From Diadema antillarum (Eukaryota): 64,000 nt of DNA. The translations under genes and the position numbers were made by a program. Position 1 is the stretch's first letter, and each line of letters starts with the position of its first letter. The stretch is from the NCBI RefSeq assembly GCF_040938485.1, contig NW_027271210.1:992001-1056000 (forward strand). Direction: 5' to 3'. Positions 49,417 through 62,092 of this stretch are shown here, in pieces. The notes beneath the pieces are model-generated. The model was not told the DNA's origin, made no database searches, and saw only the letters and a list, made by a program, of their open reading frames with translations.

Positions 49417-51264
49417 ATGGCAACAATTCATCAAATCAGCATGCAGAATCTGGGGTGTCCTGTCTGTCTGACACTTTTCAACCAACCGAAAACGCTATTT
49501 TGCAGTCACACATTCTGCAAAGACTGCTTGGAACGTATCTTTCAAACTCAAACCAACAAACATGCTATAACATGTCCTGTGTGCAGGCAAGGAACTTCAG
49601 TTTATAACGGAGATGTGGGTCACTTACTTCCAAGCGTAGTCCTAAATTCTCTCGTGGACGAAGTGGAAACCATCAGGAATTCAACACCAACATGCACACT
49701 TTGTACAGGCACAGACAAAAAAATGCCAGCTGTGTCCTATTGTCAGGACTGTGGGGATAGTATGTGTACATCCTGTGAAAAAACACATCTAATCTGGACA
49801 CCGTTCTCCAACCATGCAGTTGTGGATATGAAGGAGGTTGTCTCTGGGAAGGTTCCGCTTAAAAGACGACGGAAGTGTAACGAGCACCCTAACAGCGATG
49901 AACAATGTTTCTGTACCGGATGTCGAGAGTACGTGTGTTGCATATGTGGAATGTTGAAGCACTCACAGAAGGGACATGGAATGGTTAAGGCATCAAAACA
50001 CGAGAAAAAATTATTGGAAAATGTTAAAGAATTACAGAAAAGAGCAAGCTCAAAGAAAATAATCCTTGAAGAACACATTGAGTTCATAGAAACACAACAC
50101 AAGGAAATATCAGATATGATGAGAAAGCTCAATGATGACATAGACAAGGCGTACGAGGAAAACATACAACTATTGTCAGCCAGAAGAGAGGCGCTCAAAT
50201 GGGAAGTGCGGCAACTTTCTGAAGAATTCAAGAAAGAATTGAATATCATGAAGGAAAGGAGTCGTCTAAGAATCACTCAAATTAACGCTGCGGAAGAGCT
50301 GGTAGCTGACGGTGTGAAGTTGCCGTTGGAGAAAGATGCATTGATTACACACCACACACTGTGCGAGAACCTGGAGACCCTTCTTGGACAAAATTATCCT
50401 AACGACCAATTACCGAGATATGTGAAAGAACGAGCTCAGAAGATTTCATTCCATAGACAGGTGACGGTCAATGATCCTTGTCTTGGAGAGCTTAAAGGTC
50501 ATACTTGGGATGTCAAGACGCGCGTAGAGCTACCTGTCGACGAGGATGCAATGACTTGTATCACTCGTGCACCAGACAATAAGATTGCTGTGTCCTGGAA
50601 TCGTGGAATCCTTCTCTACTCCCATGATGGCGAGTTACAGGACAGGCTTCTGCAAGATCACTATATTACTGCGATTGCTTTCCTGTCTGATGGTCGAAGT
50701 GTCATAAATGATGACGATAACATTTTTCTCTACACTCGACAGTGGGAGAAACTCGATATCGAATTTGAATCAGGTAACTTTCTAGGTGTACATTTTGGTA
50801 ATCTCTCTACTGATGCAAGCGATAACATCTACGTGGGTTTTGAGTGGTCGAAAGTCATAGAGGTATTTACCCCACATGGTGGTAAATCAGTCAGGAAAAT
50901 AATGTGTCATGGATATTCACCGTGGCAATTATTCTCCTTTAAATCCACGGAAAACATGATACTGACGGACAGAGAAACCGTCGTGTGCATTGATAGTGAA
51001 GGGAGAAAGGTCCATACCATGCAAAAAGAGAACAAATTGGCATTCCCAGCTGTTTGTCGAGATGATTCGGTCATTGTAGCCTGGGTAGATGAAGAGGAGA
51101 GTCTTATCAGTATCGATCGATACACGAGTGATCTCGAGCACCTTCATAATCTCATCAGTGATTTCAGAACAAGTGAGTCAGACTACTACGGTCTGCAAGA
51201 GTTTGAGAGTGGCGAGATAGCATTCTGTCTGGATGATGAACTCTTCATATTCCATACAACCTAA
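49417..51264 (+). CDS. TRIM E3 ligase (RING-Bbox1-Bbox2-coiled coil-NHL-like propeller), paralog 2, 615 aa, single coding exon
   Basis: Same architecture and colinear with paralog 1; acceptor TACAG| at 49405, 11 nt before the ATG. Confidence 0.92.
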   Translation: MATIHQISMQNLGCPVCLTLFNQPKTLFCSHTFCKDCLERIFQTQTNKHAITCPVCRQGTSVYNGDVGHLLPSVVLNSLVDEVETIRNSTPTCTLCTGTDKKMPAVSYCQDCGDSMCTSCEKTHLIWTPFSNHAVVDMKEVVSGKVPLKRRRKCNEHPNSDEQCFCTGCREYVCCICGMLKHSQKGHGMVKASKHEKKLLENVKELQKRASSKKIILEEHIEFIETQHKEISDMMRKLNDDIDKAYEENIQLLSARREALKWEVRQLSEEFKKELNIMKERSRLRITQINAAEELVADGVKLPLEKDALITHHTLCENLETLLGQNYPNDQLPRYVKERAQKISFHRQVTVNDPCLGELKGHTWDVKTRVELPVDEDAMTCITRAPDNKIAVSWNRGILLYSHDGELQDRLLQDHYITAIAFLSDGRSVINDDDNIFLYTRQWEKLDIEFESGNFLGVHFGNLSTDASDNIYVGFEWSKVIEVFTPHGGKSVRKIMCHGYSPWQLFSFKSTENMILTDRETVVCIDSEGRKVHTMQKENKLAFPAVCRDDSVIVAWVDEEESLISIDRYTSDLEHLHNLISDFRTSESDYYGLQEFESGEIAFCLDDELFIFHTT

Positions 51265-52245
51265 CGTGAGTTAGGTTCAACGTTATTGGGTCTGTATAGA
51301 ATCAATGAGGGGTTAGCCGAAGTGGCATTGCCGAACTGACTTGCATTCAACGTGTATTTCCGCTATGTCACCTTCATGTGCGTCACTCTAATCTGTATAG
51401 AGTCTTGATGTTTTCTTTCAAATTTCTAATGGAATTTTTTCTAGAATATGTATTGCAAAATTTTAAAGAATCCAGAACAAATAACTTTTTGAGAAATTTG
51501 TTTCGTGTATTAAGGTAACAACAGAATTTTTGGAAAAGAACTCTCTATTAGAGGCGTGAAGAGTTGGAATCTGCTTGTGCATGATTTGAAATGTAAGCTT
51601 TCTTTGCCCGATTTTAAACGAGCTTCATAATGCGGCGTTTCTAGTTTCAGCAACTGTCCGGGATTTTTTTTTCTGGATCGTCTTCAACGTTAGCTTATTT
51701 TTTTTTTCTTTTCGATTGTACCTTTTATTTGTTACTTGAGTTATGTCAGTCACTCTATTATTGTATGCACTTTGAATGTATTTTTTGTTCTTTTTATGTT
51801 GATCACGGATTTGCAGAAAAGCACATTGCCGTGAATAACATTAACTGAAACTAGTCTGAAACTGTATGTCTTCGTCAACACTTGGAACTTCCCTTTGTTG
51901 CACTTTTACAACCTCATAATTTATGTTTCATACATTAGGATTTATTTGTAGTCAATCTGACAGTTGGTGATATGAAAGAGTGGACGATAGGCAGAAAGCC
52001 GTAGGAGATGAGAAATACTTTACATACAAGTAAGGGTTGGCTATGTCATACTTTTTTATCAATTATCACCCTGTACATGTTAATGTGTTTTAAGCGAACA
52101 CGTTGAAAATAGGAAACAATAGGATTCGAAAATATCATCTGGGTTACTGTTTTCCAGACAACGACACAGCCACCAGGCTATCTTTGGTCACCGGCAGTGA
52201 CATGATGAACTTCGAAGAAATATACTCAGGCTCCTGAGTTCCGGC

Positions 52246-54604
52246 CACTGGCGTAGCCAGGGGGGGGGGGGGGGGGGGGGGGGGGCGATGGGGGCGGTCG
52301 CCCCCCCCCCCCCCCCCCTGAGATTTGGACCGGGGATTTGGGAGGCGGAAAAAAAATGCGTGTATACTATATGCATGCACATGAAGCGGGTCTCCTTTGC
52401 AACCTTTCATCAAATAAAATATTTTTTTGAATATGTCACTCAAAGTGTGCACCAGATCGTTGAATTTCAATTCAAAATATGCAAAATCTCTCATGCTTGG
52501 GAGGGGGTATCCCCCTCCCAAACCCTCCCCCTCTGTGCCTCTTTCCCTAGCTAAGTACACTTTTTAGATTTACAAAAAATTATGAATAATTCTGAGCGCA
52601 CAAGACTTATCACTTATATTCCGAAAAACTCAAGGTTCCTTCATATATAAGGGGAATTTCCCCTTCTAATCGACCCTTTCCTCCCTCAGCCCCCCCCCCC
52701 TATCAGTTTTTTTTTTTTTTTTTTGGTGATTTCCCAAATGTTGATTCCATCAAATATGCGTATACGAGATATCTCAATTTCAACCTTAAAAAGGCAAAAG
52801 CTCCATCGGAAGGGAAGGGTGGAGATAACACTCGTCCACGCCTTCTCCCTGTTCGCCCCCCCCCCCCCCGCCATGCATAAAAGTAGACTGTGGCTATACC
52901 CAGATCGCTTTATTTCAATTCTAAAAACGCAAAAGCTCCACGAGCGGGAGGGGGAATCCCCCTTCCCCTAAGCTCTATATACCTCACTAGACTTTATACA
53001 TACACACAGATGGTGCACATTCGGAATAAGAGCTAAATTCCGTGATTTTAACACTTCGATGAAAAAGTATTGCACCAAAAATTTGCACCAGGTCGCTGAA
53101 TTTCAGGTCTGAAAACGCAAAATCACCTTCGTGTGGCAGGGGATATGCCCTATCTACACCCTCGTGTGCATGCTTTTTCTGTTTGATTGCTGAACAGACA
53201 GCGTTCATGATATTCAGCGTAAGAATTAATACAAGAAGACCAGTGTATTTGAATTATACCATTTTATAGGCAAATTGTTCAATAATAATCTACACTAAAA
53301 TATACTGCAACCTTTCAACTCGTTAAAACACGCAAAAACATGCATCAAATTGCACCATTTGCAACATCAAAATGCAAAAAGTTCTCACCGTGGGAGGGGG
53401 GACACACCCTCCCCTCCCACCTCGCTCGCTCCACTCGCTCGGGTTCAGTCGCGTTCATGATATTCAGTGAAAAGAATTAATACAAGAAGTGTATTTAAAT
53501 TATATCATTTTATAGGCAAATTGTTCAATAATAATCTACACTAAAATATACTGCAACCTTAAACAAGTGGCACTGTTTCAACTCGTTAAAATACGCAAAA
53601 ACATGCATCAAATTGCACCATTTGCAACATCAAAATGCAAAAAGTTCTCACCGTGGGAGGGGGGACACCCCCCTCCCTTCCCCCCTCGCTCGCTCCACTC
53701 GCTCGGGTTCAGTTGCGTTCATGATATTCAGTGAAAAGAATTGATACAAGAAATGTGTTCAAATTATACCATTTAATAGGCAAATTGTTCAATTATAATC
53801 TACACTAAAATATACTGCTACCTTAAACAAGTGGGACTGTTTCACGTCAACAAAACGCGCAAAAACATGCATCAAATTGCACCATTGCAAAATCAAAATG
53901 CAAAAAGTTCTTACCGTGGGAGGGGGGAAACCCCCCTCCCACACCCTCCCCTCCCCCCTCGCTCGTTCCACTCGCTAGGGTTCAGTCGCGTTCATGATAT
54001 TCAATGAAAAGAATTAATACAATAAGTGTATTTAAATTATACCATTTTATAGGCAAATTGTTCAATAATAATCTACACTAAAATATACTGCTATATACCT
54101 TAAACAAGTGGGACTGTTTCACGTCGATAAAACGCGCAAAAACATGCATCAAATTGCACCATTTGCAACATCAAAATGCAAAAAGTTCTTACCGTGGGAG
54201 GGGGGACACCCCCTCCCACACCCTCCCCTACCCCCTCGCTCGCTCCGCTCGCTCGGGTTCAGTCGCGTTCATGATATTCAGTGAAAAGAATTAATACAAA
54301 AGTGTATCTAAATTATACCCTTTTATAGGCAAATTGTTCAATAATAATCTACATCAAAATAAACTGCTACCATAAACAAGTGGGACTGTTTCACGTCGAT
54401 AAAACGCGCCAAAACATGCATCAAATTGCACCATTTACAACATTAAAATGCAAAAAAGGTCTTACCGTGGGAGGGGGGACACCCCCCTCCCACACCCTCC
54501 CCCCCCCCCCCCCCCCTCGCTCGCTCCGCTCGCTCGGGCTCGGTCGCTTCGCTCCCTCGCAGACTAACCGCCCCCCCTAAGATGAAATCCTGGCTACGCC
54601 GTTG
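52246..54604. mobile_element. Non-autonomous hAT-type element (2359 bp) with 8-bp TSD GTTCCGGC
   Basis: TIR CA(CT/AC)GGCGTAGCCAGG; TSD at 52238-52245 and 54605-54612; empty paralogous site at ~31195-31230. Confidence 0.88.
53202..54540. repeat. Five ~250-277-bp tandem units inside the hAT element
   Basis: Units start GCGTTCATGATATTCA at ~53202, 53451, 53715, 53988 and 54265. Confidence 0.9.
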
Positions 54605-57600
54605 GTTCCGGCATTGTTATATTGAATAGTCAAAGGCAGACAAGTAGTGTTACGGAATGGAAAAAGAAAATCGCTGCTAATGCAGGGGATAAACATAGGC
54701 TGTGACAGAATTTTATTAACTATCACCCTCTGTACAAAAGTACGCCAATTTGTAAGATCGTAACTGCTGATTCACATTTTGGGACCAATTTTAGCCCAAC
54801 TTCAACATTTTGATCTTCTTTTGAAACCGCAATTTTGATAAACTTGACAGGTGTTATTGCCATGTAGCTCTGGAAGCTCCCCAAGTTTGGAATGTTCTCT
54901 TTTTTTGGCAATAGTCTGCAGAAATGTGTACAAGGTGATTTCATGATACTCGGGTGAGCAAAATACCCACGGTTCTCTTGTTCTTATTTGTTTTGGGTTT
55001 TCCTTTTGTATATAGATGACCGATGTGTTTTATATTCAAAGCACTTGCAACTGATGAACCACAAGCGTTGTGTATAAATCAACATTCTATTGGATAGACA
55101 GATATATATTGTATAAAGTATGTTTACGGCAGATCTGTCATTTCACTCCCTATACATATTATTTGTCAAACAACGAAAACTGCATAAGATTAAATTCATC
55201 TTCTTGACACATAACGATATTCATCGTGTCTTTGTATGAGATTGGAAAAAAATGTCGACTCTGTTTGAAATGTTGTACAAGATTATTTACCTTATCTTTC
55301 CAACTTACTCAGATTGAAGATACAATATGTTACTAGTATTCAATGCAATCTATCTAAGAAATGCACGTCCGCTGAAACAAACTATTGATTTGCTTAACAT
55401 ACGGCGTTCAACAAGCCGGGTATTGACATCCAAGTTCACCGGAGACAGAAAAAAGGACTATCTTTTAAAGCAATGTTAATCAGGTTGAGTTTGTGATATT
55501 ACACAAATATCATTTTTTAGTGTTGTGTAGATTCTTCAAATGAATATATGTAATAGTCATGTTACTTCTAAGCAAGGAAGACTAATGGTCAATTGTAGAC
55601 ATGCTTGCCGTGGTAAACACTTGTAATATGCGAGAACTTCTATATATTTCAAATGTTGTTATTTTGGTATAATGTGCATTTTTGACTGTTCATTTACATA
55701 TAACTAAGATTTTATTCAGAGAGAAAGTAACAATAGTCAGAAAGATCGTTTTGTATCACAAGGATGGCAGTGGCAAAAGAATTACACGTTTAGTAAATTA
55801 TCATATCGCCCAGAGAGATTTAGACTATAATATTCTTCGATAAATGAAATGTGTAAATGGCATACATCAGGACTGGTGGTTAAAGATCTGAAGGATTTTG
55901 GTATGCATGGCCATTTGTTTATTCTATGGTACTATTAATGTTGATACATTAGCCTAGTTTAAACTATTCTGTTGTGTGTTACAAAGAGTTATGATGTTAA
56001 GCTTCATTGTAAATGAGGTTATCGTCAAGTATTGATTCGTCGTTTTCGTTTTTATTTCTCGTTTCTTCAGCACAAGTACTTATATTGGAAGGCAAAGGCA
56101 AGGCATCTAAGCTACATCTTTATACCACTTCGTATTCAAACTATGATTCTTATATTCCAGAGCAAAACCCTGTGCTATATCTTATTTTAAAGCCATATAT
56201 GCAACTGAAAATTTATTTCTCTAATAGAGTAATGCATGTTTCGTTGGCGAAATATCTGTATCACTTATGTACAGCTCTTAATTCCTGTTGGGCTAACTTG
56301 ATCACGAAACTTATTTTTCAAATGATTCTGATTGATGCTTTACGTATTATAGTATTCCTGGTTTATTTTCAGTGTAAATAAGCCTAGAAAAAATACTTTC
56401 ATCTAATTCTCACTCTCTTGAATTAATGTCGCGAATTTAAACTTTCAGGATTGGCAAAGCGAACCATACTTGCTATTTTAAACCTCAGTGCAGCCGCAGA
56501 GCAAATATTTTTCTTTTAATGACGAACTGCGAGTCAAAACCCATACACGTTGAGAAACTAAGAAATTAAAGTAAAAAGATACAATAGAGTAGTTTTCTGT
56601 TTTTCATCTCGAATTCAACTGAGGAATAAGGAAGACTGATTTAATCTCAAATAAAAGATGTAGGTGTTTGCTGTTTTCCATGTCCACACTTTGTAATTTT
56701 CTGTTCCTTCCTATTTTTGCGTGGTATTACATACATTTTATATCATGAATTTCAGTCCATCTGAACATTGCCATTCATTCGCATACAACTATTAACCATG
56801 GCAACTTCAAGTAGGTAGGGGCTAAATTCGCTGAAAGATTGCGTCACTAGATTTTATTCATCTATTCAAGATTGCAATATCATAATGCATCCTGCTATAT
56901 GAATAGAGTTTGTATCGTATCTTTTTAAGGAGGAAATGCGTCACATGATGTCGTGGATTCACCCAATGCAGTTTTGATATAAAACCATGTCAAATCGTTT
57001 AACCATTGTGACGTCACATTTTTGTCGTAATCTTTCAATCACGAGGTGACGGCACATGGATTTCACAAAAACTTGCAAAATTCACAACTTTATAAACAAA
57101 GTATCAGTTTTTTCTTGAACTTCACGGCTGGGCGCCACGATTTAATAGTGAAGAGGGAACGGGGTAGTTTATATGTTTCTTATGCCACTTTCGGATTTCA
57201 TCTGCTGGGGAGCAAAAAAAAAAAAAATAACCGTAATGAAAAAAAAAAACGCGATCCCTCTTCAAGGTTTCATCGGCTGGGAAAAAAAAATCGCTCTCGT
57301 ACAACGTGCAATCGGTAAAAGATAAATCACACTCTATTTTTTTCTGTCCCACTTCCGGGGTTTAACCAAAATACAAATTAAAAAAAAAAAATGGGGGTCT
57401 AAAGTGGTTAGACCCATATTTCTATGTATACTGTATTCTGAAAAAAAAAAAGTGTGGGGCCGAGCAAGCTCCACCTATTCCACCGGGTCTCTACAGACCT
57501 TTTTTTTTTTCAATGCTGTCCCCTGTCGCCACCGCAGGACCAGGTTTGGGTGGCAGTCGCCGTCTCCGTCGTGACGGGAGTCCGCTGGAATACAGCTCCT

Positions 57601-57931
57601 ATCTTCGGGGCCCTCATATCTTGATCGCAGTCCGGCTTTCTCTTCTCCTTTCCAAAATAGTGAATTTCTCACTTGGTCAAGTATGGTAATAAAAATCTTG
57701 AAATTGGGGGAATTCGCCTATATGGAGAATTAGATTGGAGAAAAAAAAGTGCAGCAAATATTGCAGTATTTCATTCATTCGTTCATTCATTCATTTTTTT
57801 TTTTCGTTTCAAACAGAAACATATAAATATATTACAGAAATTAAATACATAGATATCATCAAAATACAGAATAGAGGATAAATTTACAAAAAAAGTAAGC
57901 ATACGGAGATGTTAAAAATGGGGATTTAGGA

Positions 57932-59202
57932 TTACTGCCCGCTATGCCGATCGGCATGTAAGGCATCAACGAAGGTTCTCCACCTCTTGGGCTTGGGCTA
58001 GTTTGCAGGCACAAACCCTTGTTGGTCGTAAAGGAGTCTGCGCCAAGACTTGTTGTTTAATTATGAATTTATTCAAGTTCAAGAAAGTGTGAGAATAACA
58101 AGTATACAAAAGAACCAGGTCCACCGTTTCATTCAAAACGAATGGCAGGTTTAGACACGTACATGGGGGTACAAAACAACAATATTAGAGTTTACATTAT
58201 TGCAACCCATATCACACATAAAATATCAAATATTACCGGTGATCAATCAATAAAACAGAATCAATACATATACTATTTCTGTGTTACAATAACAGCAGTG
58301 ATGTAGTTATTGCAATAATCCGCATTGAAATATAATATAATAAATTATACAAATACACATATAGCCCTATATAAATGCACCACTTTGGCACTGTCCCATA
58401 GGCCCTGTGTTGTAGCTTCTCCCTGCAGTGCAATGGTTCGTGTATTAGTCTTGGCACGTGCAGACTCCTGATACGACCAACAAGGGTTTGTGCCAGCAAA
58501 CTAGTCTTGGGCCATCCTTGTCATCGTTCCCAAATTTTGGGTTAAGGTCTTCAGCTCATTCTCAACTGTCCTCCGCCATGTGTTTCTGGGCCGTCCTCTC
58601 CTACGTTTCCCTTCAGGTGTCCAGTGGAGGGCTGTGCGGGCAATGTTATCCTTTTCCTTTCTAAGGACATGCCCTATCCATCTCCATCGTCTTCTCTTGA
58701 TAATAGTTCCGATGTTTTCTATATTGTACTGTGTTAATAACTTTTCATTGGAGATCATGTTTGGCCAATGCATACGGAGAATTCTCCGAAGGTTTTTTGG
58801 GTGGAATGTTGAGAGCTTGGTAAGATCACTATCAGTCACCCTCCAACATTCTGATCCGTAAAGGAGAGTGGATAATACACAGCTTTGATACAATTTCAGT
58901 TTGATCTTTTCACTGTACTGAGATGACTGCCACACCTTGTTAAGTGTCCTAAACACATTTCTGGCTTTGTTAAGGCGATTCTGAATGTCAATGCCTGCTC
59001 CTCCATCACATCTAACTGTACTCCCCAGGTACTAAGTACGTTGAAAGTTTTTTTATGAACATTGTTGGATGGGTGAAGGGTTTGGAACATTTAGCGTCAT
59101 TACCTCAGTTTTCTTTTGATTTATTTGCAGCCCAACTTGTGCATGTCTACTGAGCCGTGTTGTCTTCTCTTGCATGTGTCTGTGCGTGTGTGAGAGCAGT
59201 GC
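57932..59202 (-). mobile_element. 5'-truncated RTE-clade LINE (RT C-terminus), frameshifted and split by a MITE
   Basis: ALLSHT...QEKT.RL...VGLQIN; KLYQSCVLSTLLYGSECW; RWRWIGHVLR; GKRRRGRPRNTWRR; continues RWRTFVDALH to stop at 57932-57934. Confidence 0.88.
57998..58504. mobile_element. ~507-bp MITE with ~55-bp TIRs inserted in the RTE
   Basis: CTAGTTTGC.GGCACAAACCCTTGTTGGTCGTA mirrored at 58447-58504; (G/T)CTTGGG flanks resemble a 7-bp TSD. Confidence 0.75.
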
Positions 59203-59413
59203 AGAAATGGGGAGGAATGCTAAAAAGCAGTGCTTGTAGGGTGAATCCCCCTCCCCCCCCCCCCCCCACACACACACGTAATACAAGAAATTATGATTAT
59301 GATCGATTGACTGATTTACAAAAAAAAAGGGGGAGGAAACAAAAGAAACTGATATTGAAAGACAAAAATACCCATAACTAACCTAACTCATCCGAAACAA
59401 AGACCCGAAACAA

Positions 59414-59520
59414 GGGCGGTGAGTTGGCTCAGTCGGTAGCGCGTCTGCCTCACGATCACGCGGCCCGGGTTCGAACCCGAGTCTGGACTGAGCAATGTTG
59501 TGTGTAAACATACCGTCCCC
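59414..59520 (+). mobile_element. tRNA-derived SINE head (Pol III A and B boxes)
   Basis: A box TGGCTCAGTCGG (59425-59436), B box GGTTCGAACCC (59468-59478); anticodon and acceptor stems do not pair. Confidence 0.7.
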
Positions 59521-59694
59521 TAGGCCATGGGGTGAAGCTGAAAAAGAGGCTTAGAAAATGGGTTTCGTTCCAGCAACACTGGCACTACTTTCTGAATGCG
59601 GAAATGTGATGTTTTGTACATCCTAAATATACTGTAAAAAGTTCTCCTCGAAATATCCTGCAGTTTTTGCGAAAATCCATATTTTATAAACTGC

Positions 59695-60350
59695 GACCAG
59701 CAGCCCAATACACATATCGTAATGGGGCTGCGGATTGTAGCATTTAGGATCATGACAGGAAGTATCGCGGACAAATGTCAACCTTAAATCGAACAAAAAT
59801 TCTTCAATTTGAAGACTTACAAGTAAGGTTGAAGTATTGACAACAGGGTTCGTGCAAGGTTTGGCTCTACATATAGTCATTTTCTGTTCGATTTGATGAC
59901 TTAATATGACTAGGTCGAGAGGAATCTGGGAGAGCTACGCTGAATTGACGGTCAGCGCAGGCGCACACATCACTGCGCACAAATTTCGTATCCATTGACT
60001 GGATATTAGATGTCTGTGTGTGCATGCGCTGGCCGTCAATTCAGTGTAGCTCTCCCAGTTTCCTCTCGACCGAGTCACATTTAGTCATCAATTTGAACAG
60101 AAAGGAACTATTTGCAGAAGCAAACCTTGCACGAACTCTGTTATCAATACTTCAAATTTATTAATAAGTCTTCAAATTGAAGATTTTATCCCGATTTGAA
60201 GTTGATATTTGTCCGCCATAATATATCCGTCATGATCCTGTATGCTACAGTTCACAGCCCCATGACGCTATGCGTATGGGGCTGCTGGCCGCAGTTATGC
60301 GTATGGGGCTGCTAGCCGCAGTTATGCGTATGGGGCTGCTAGCCGCAGTA
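59695..60350. mobile_element. ~600-bp foldback/MITE palindrome plus 3 short terminal tandem repeats
   Basis: Arms such as GGTCGAGAGGAATCTGGGAGAGCTAC / GTAGCTCTCCCAGTTTCCTCTCGACC, centre ~59990; TATGCGTATGGGGCTGCT x3 at 60270-60345. Confidence 0.75.
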
Positions 60351-62092
60351 TAGTTCCCATATTATTTCTAAGCTGAAATGCATATACACATTTGTAAAGC
60401 ACTGCTTTTAGCCATATACCTAGAAAAAAAAGTGAAGTTTTGGTTTAATAGTTGCATTATATCTCATGTTTCAGCTTTTCCTGATGCTGGCTATGCAAAG
60501 GAGGACAAGAGCAAAGTGGTTCAAGACCATATGAGAGAGAGCACTGACTGACCGTCAGAGGTCAAGGCAAATGCCTTATATTCTGTTCAAAGACATGTTA
60601 TTAATCAAATGACTAATCATTCAAGGCAAAAAAAAAAAAGAAAAAAAATCAGTGTGTTTGTTTGTGTGTGTGTCCGCATGCATGTGGGAGAATCTTATTG
60701 TACACACACACACACACACACACACCCTCACATGCACACACACATACGCACACACATAGTTATGAAGATTCAATATACCCAAGTGTATTAAAATATTATT
60801 CTTCATGCCTTGGCCATTTATCACATCAGCATCATAAAAAAGATTATCATAAACATGAACACACACAATGATATAATACATGTACTGATCAGTGCATTAC
60901 ACATAAACAGGTGCATAAAAACGCTGACAAATTATATACACTCACACGCACACATACAAACTCATTTACTCACATGAGACATTACTATTAAACAGATCAT
61001 ATTGTTTATCAGTAAACATGTTTTTCTTTTCTTCTTCTTCTTCTTCTTAAGAAGCTTTAATATACTTAGATCACATAGCAATCACGTTGTTCATGAAATA
61101 TCATACATTACTTTAGCACTAGAAAATTTAATCTTCATAAAATTTCCTGAAGTTTTCATTGCTATCATTAGGTTACAACATGGTGGGACACTACCTCCTT
61201 TCATGTAAGATAGCTCAAAATGATAATCAGTCAAATTTTCTAGTTTTAATAAATTTCCTGGAACATTCCATGGTCCAAATATCCTTGAAAGGGTGTAAAA
61301 GTTTTGAAAAATGCCAATATATAAAATAAAGGCAAAATTATAGTTTACCCATTCATGAGTGAAAACTGTTGGATTCTGCATTGGAGGCAATGTGTACCTG
61401 AAAATCTTGGAGAGAATAAAACAGGTTTGGCATTAAAAATTATGATAACATTGCAATTAACATCCAATATCAGAGGATCTGTGCAAACCTGACTCAACTT
61501 ATGCACAATTTTCATTTGGCTGGTGTGTATTAGTTTTAGCAAACTGATTTTGTACTCACACCTACATTGTACTGACCTTTCTACACGAACATTCTGTTTC
61601 AGTATTAATAATAGTTACATATTTTTTTCCCCAGAGTGGGAGAAACAAATTTTAATCATAGTCATTCAGTTTTATGAAGAAAAAAAACACACTTAGGAAA
61701 ACATCTTTGTTCTTAGAATAATTCAACCCTAATCAAATCATAATAGTGGGCAGAAATGTTTGCTAAAGGGCGAACAATCACATACTGAGGCAAGGAGTCA
61801 AAACATGTTGCATAAACATTGGCATTCAAAATACAGGAAGCAATCTGTATTACAAAGACATTTTATCATGCACAACTTTGGTAAGATGTCAATTCTTGAA
61901 TATCAATCACATTGACCAAAGCATTGGTGCATATACAGTACATTCTGTTGTTTCTGAACTTTGCACTGAAGTTCTTTGTGTATGTGTGTGAATGTTTCAG
62001 TGGTGTATAGGCCTATATATTGCTCCATTTTATCAAGGACAACTTATAGTAACATGACAATGTTTTCATGCTTCAATATCAATCATATTAAC

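Noticed and set aside
12694-51264. Functional link between the Nanos cargo and the neighbouring TRIM-NHL genes (as in the Nanos-Pumilio-Brat complex)
   Set aside because: The element is a recent insertion in a microsatellite. These TRIMs have a RING and divergent propellers unlike Brat or LIN-41, so proximity is most simply coincidence.
59414-59490. Functional tRNA gene
   Set aside because: A and B boxes are present, but the acceptor and anticodon stems do not pair and there is no nearby oligo-T terminator; fits a SINE head.
16407-61542. Many 60-150-aa ORFs with YIYI, CVCV, HTHT, LILS or poly-G/P/K runs
   Set aside because: Translations of microsatellites and homopolymers.
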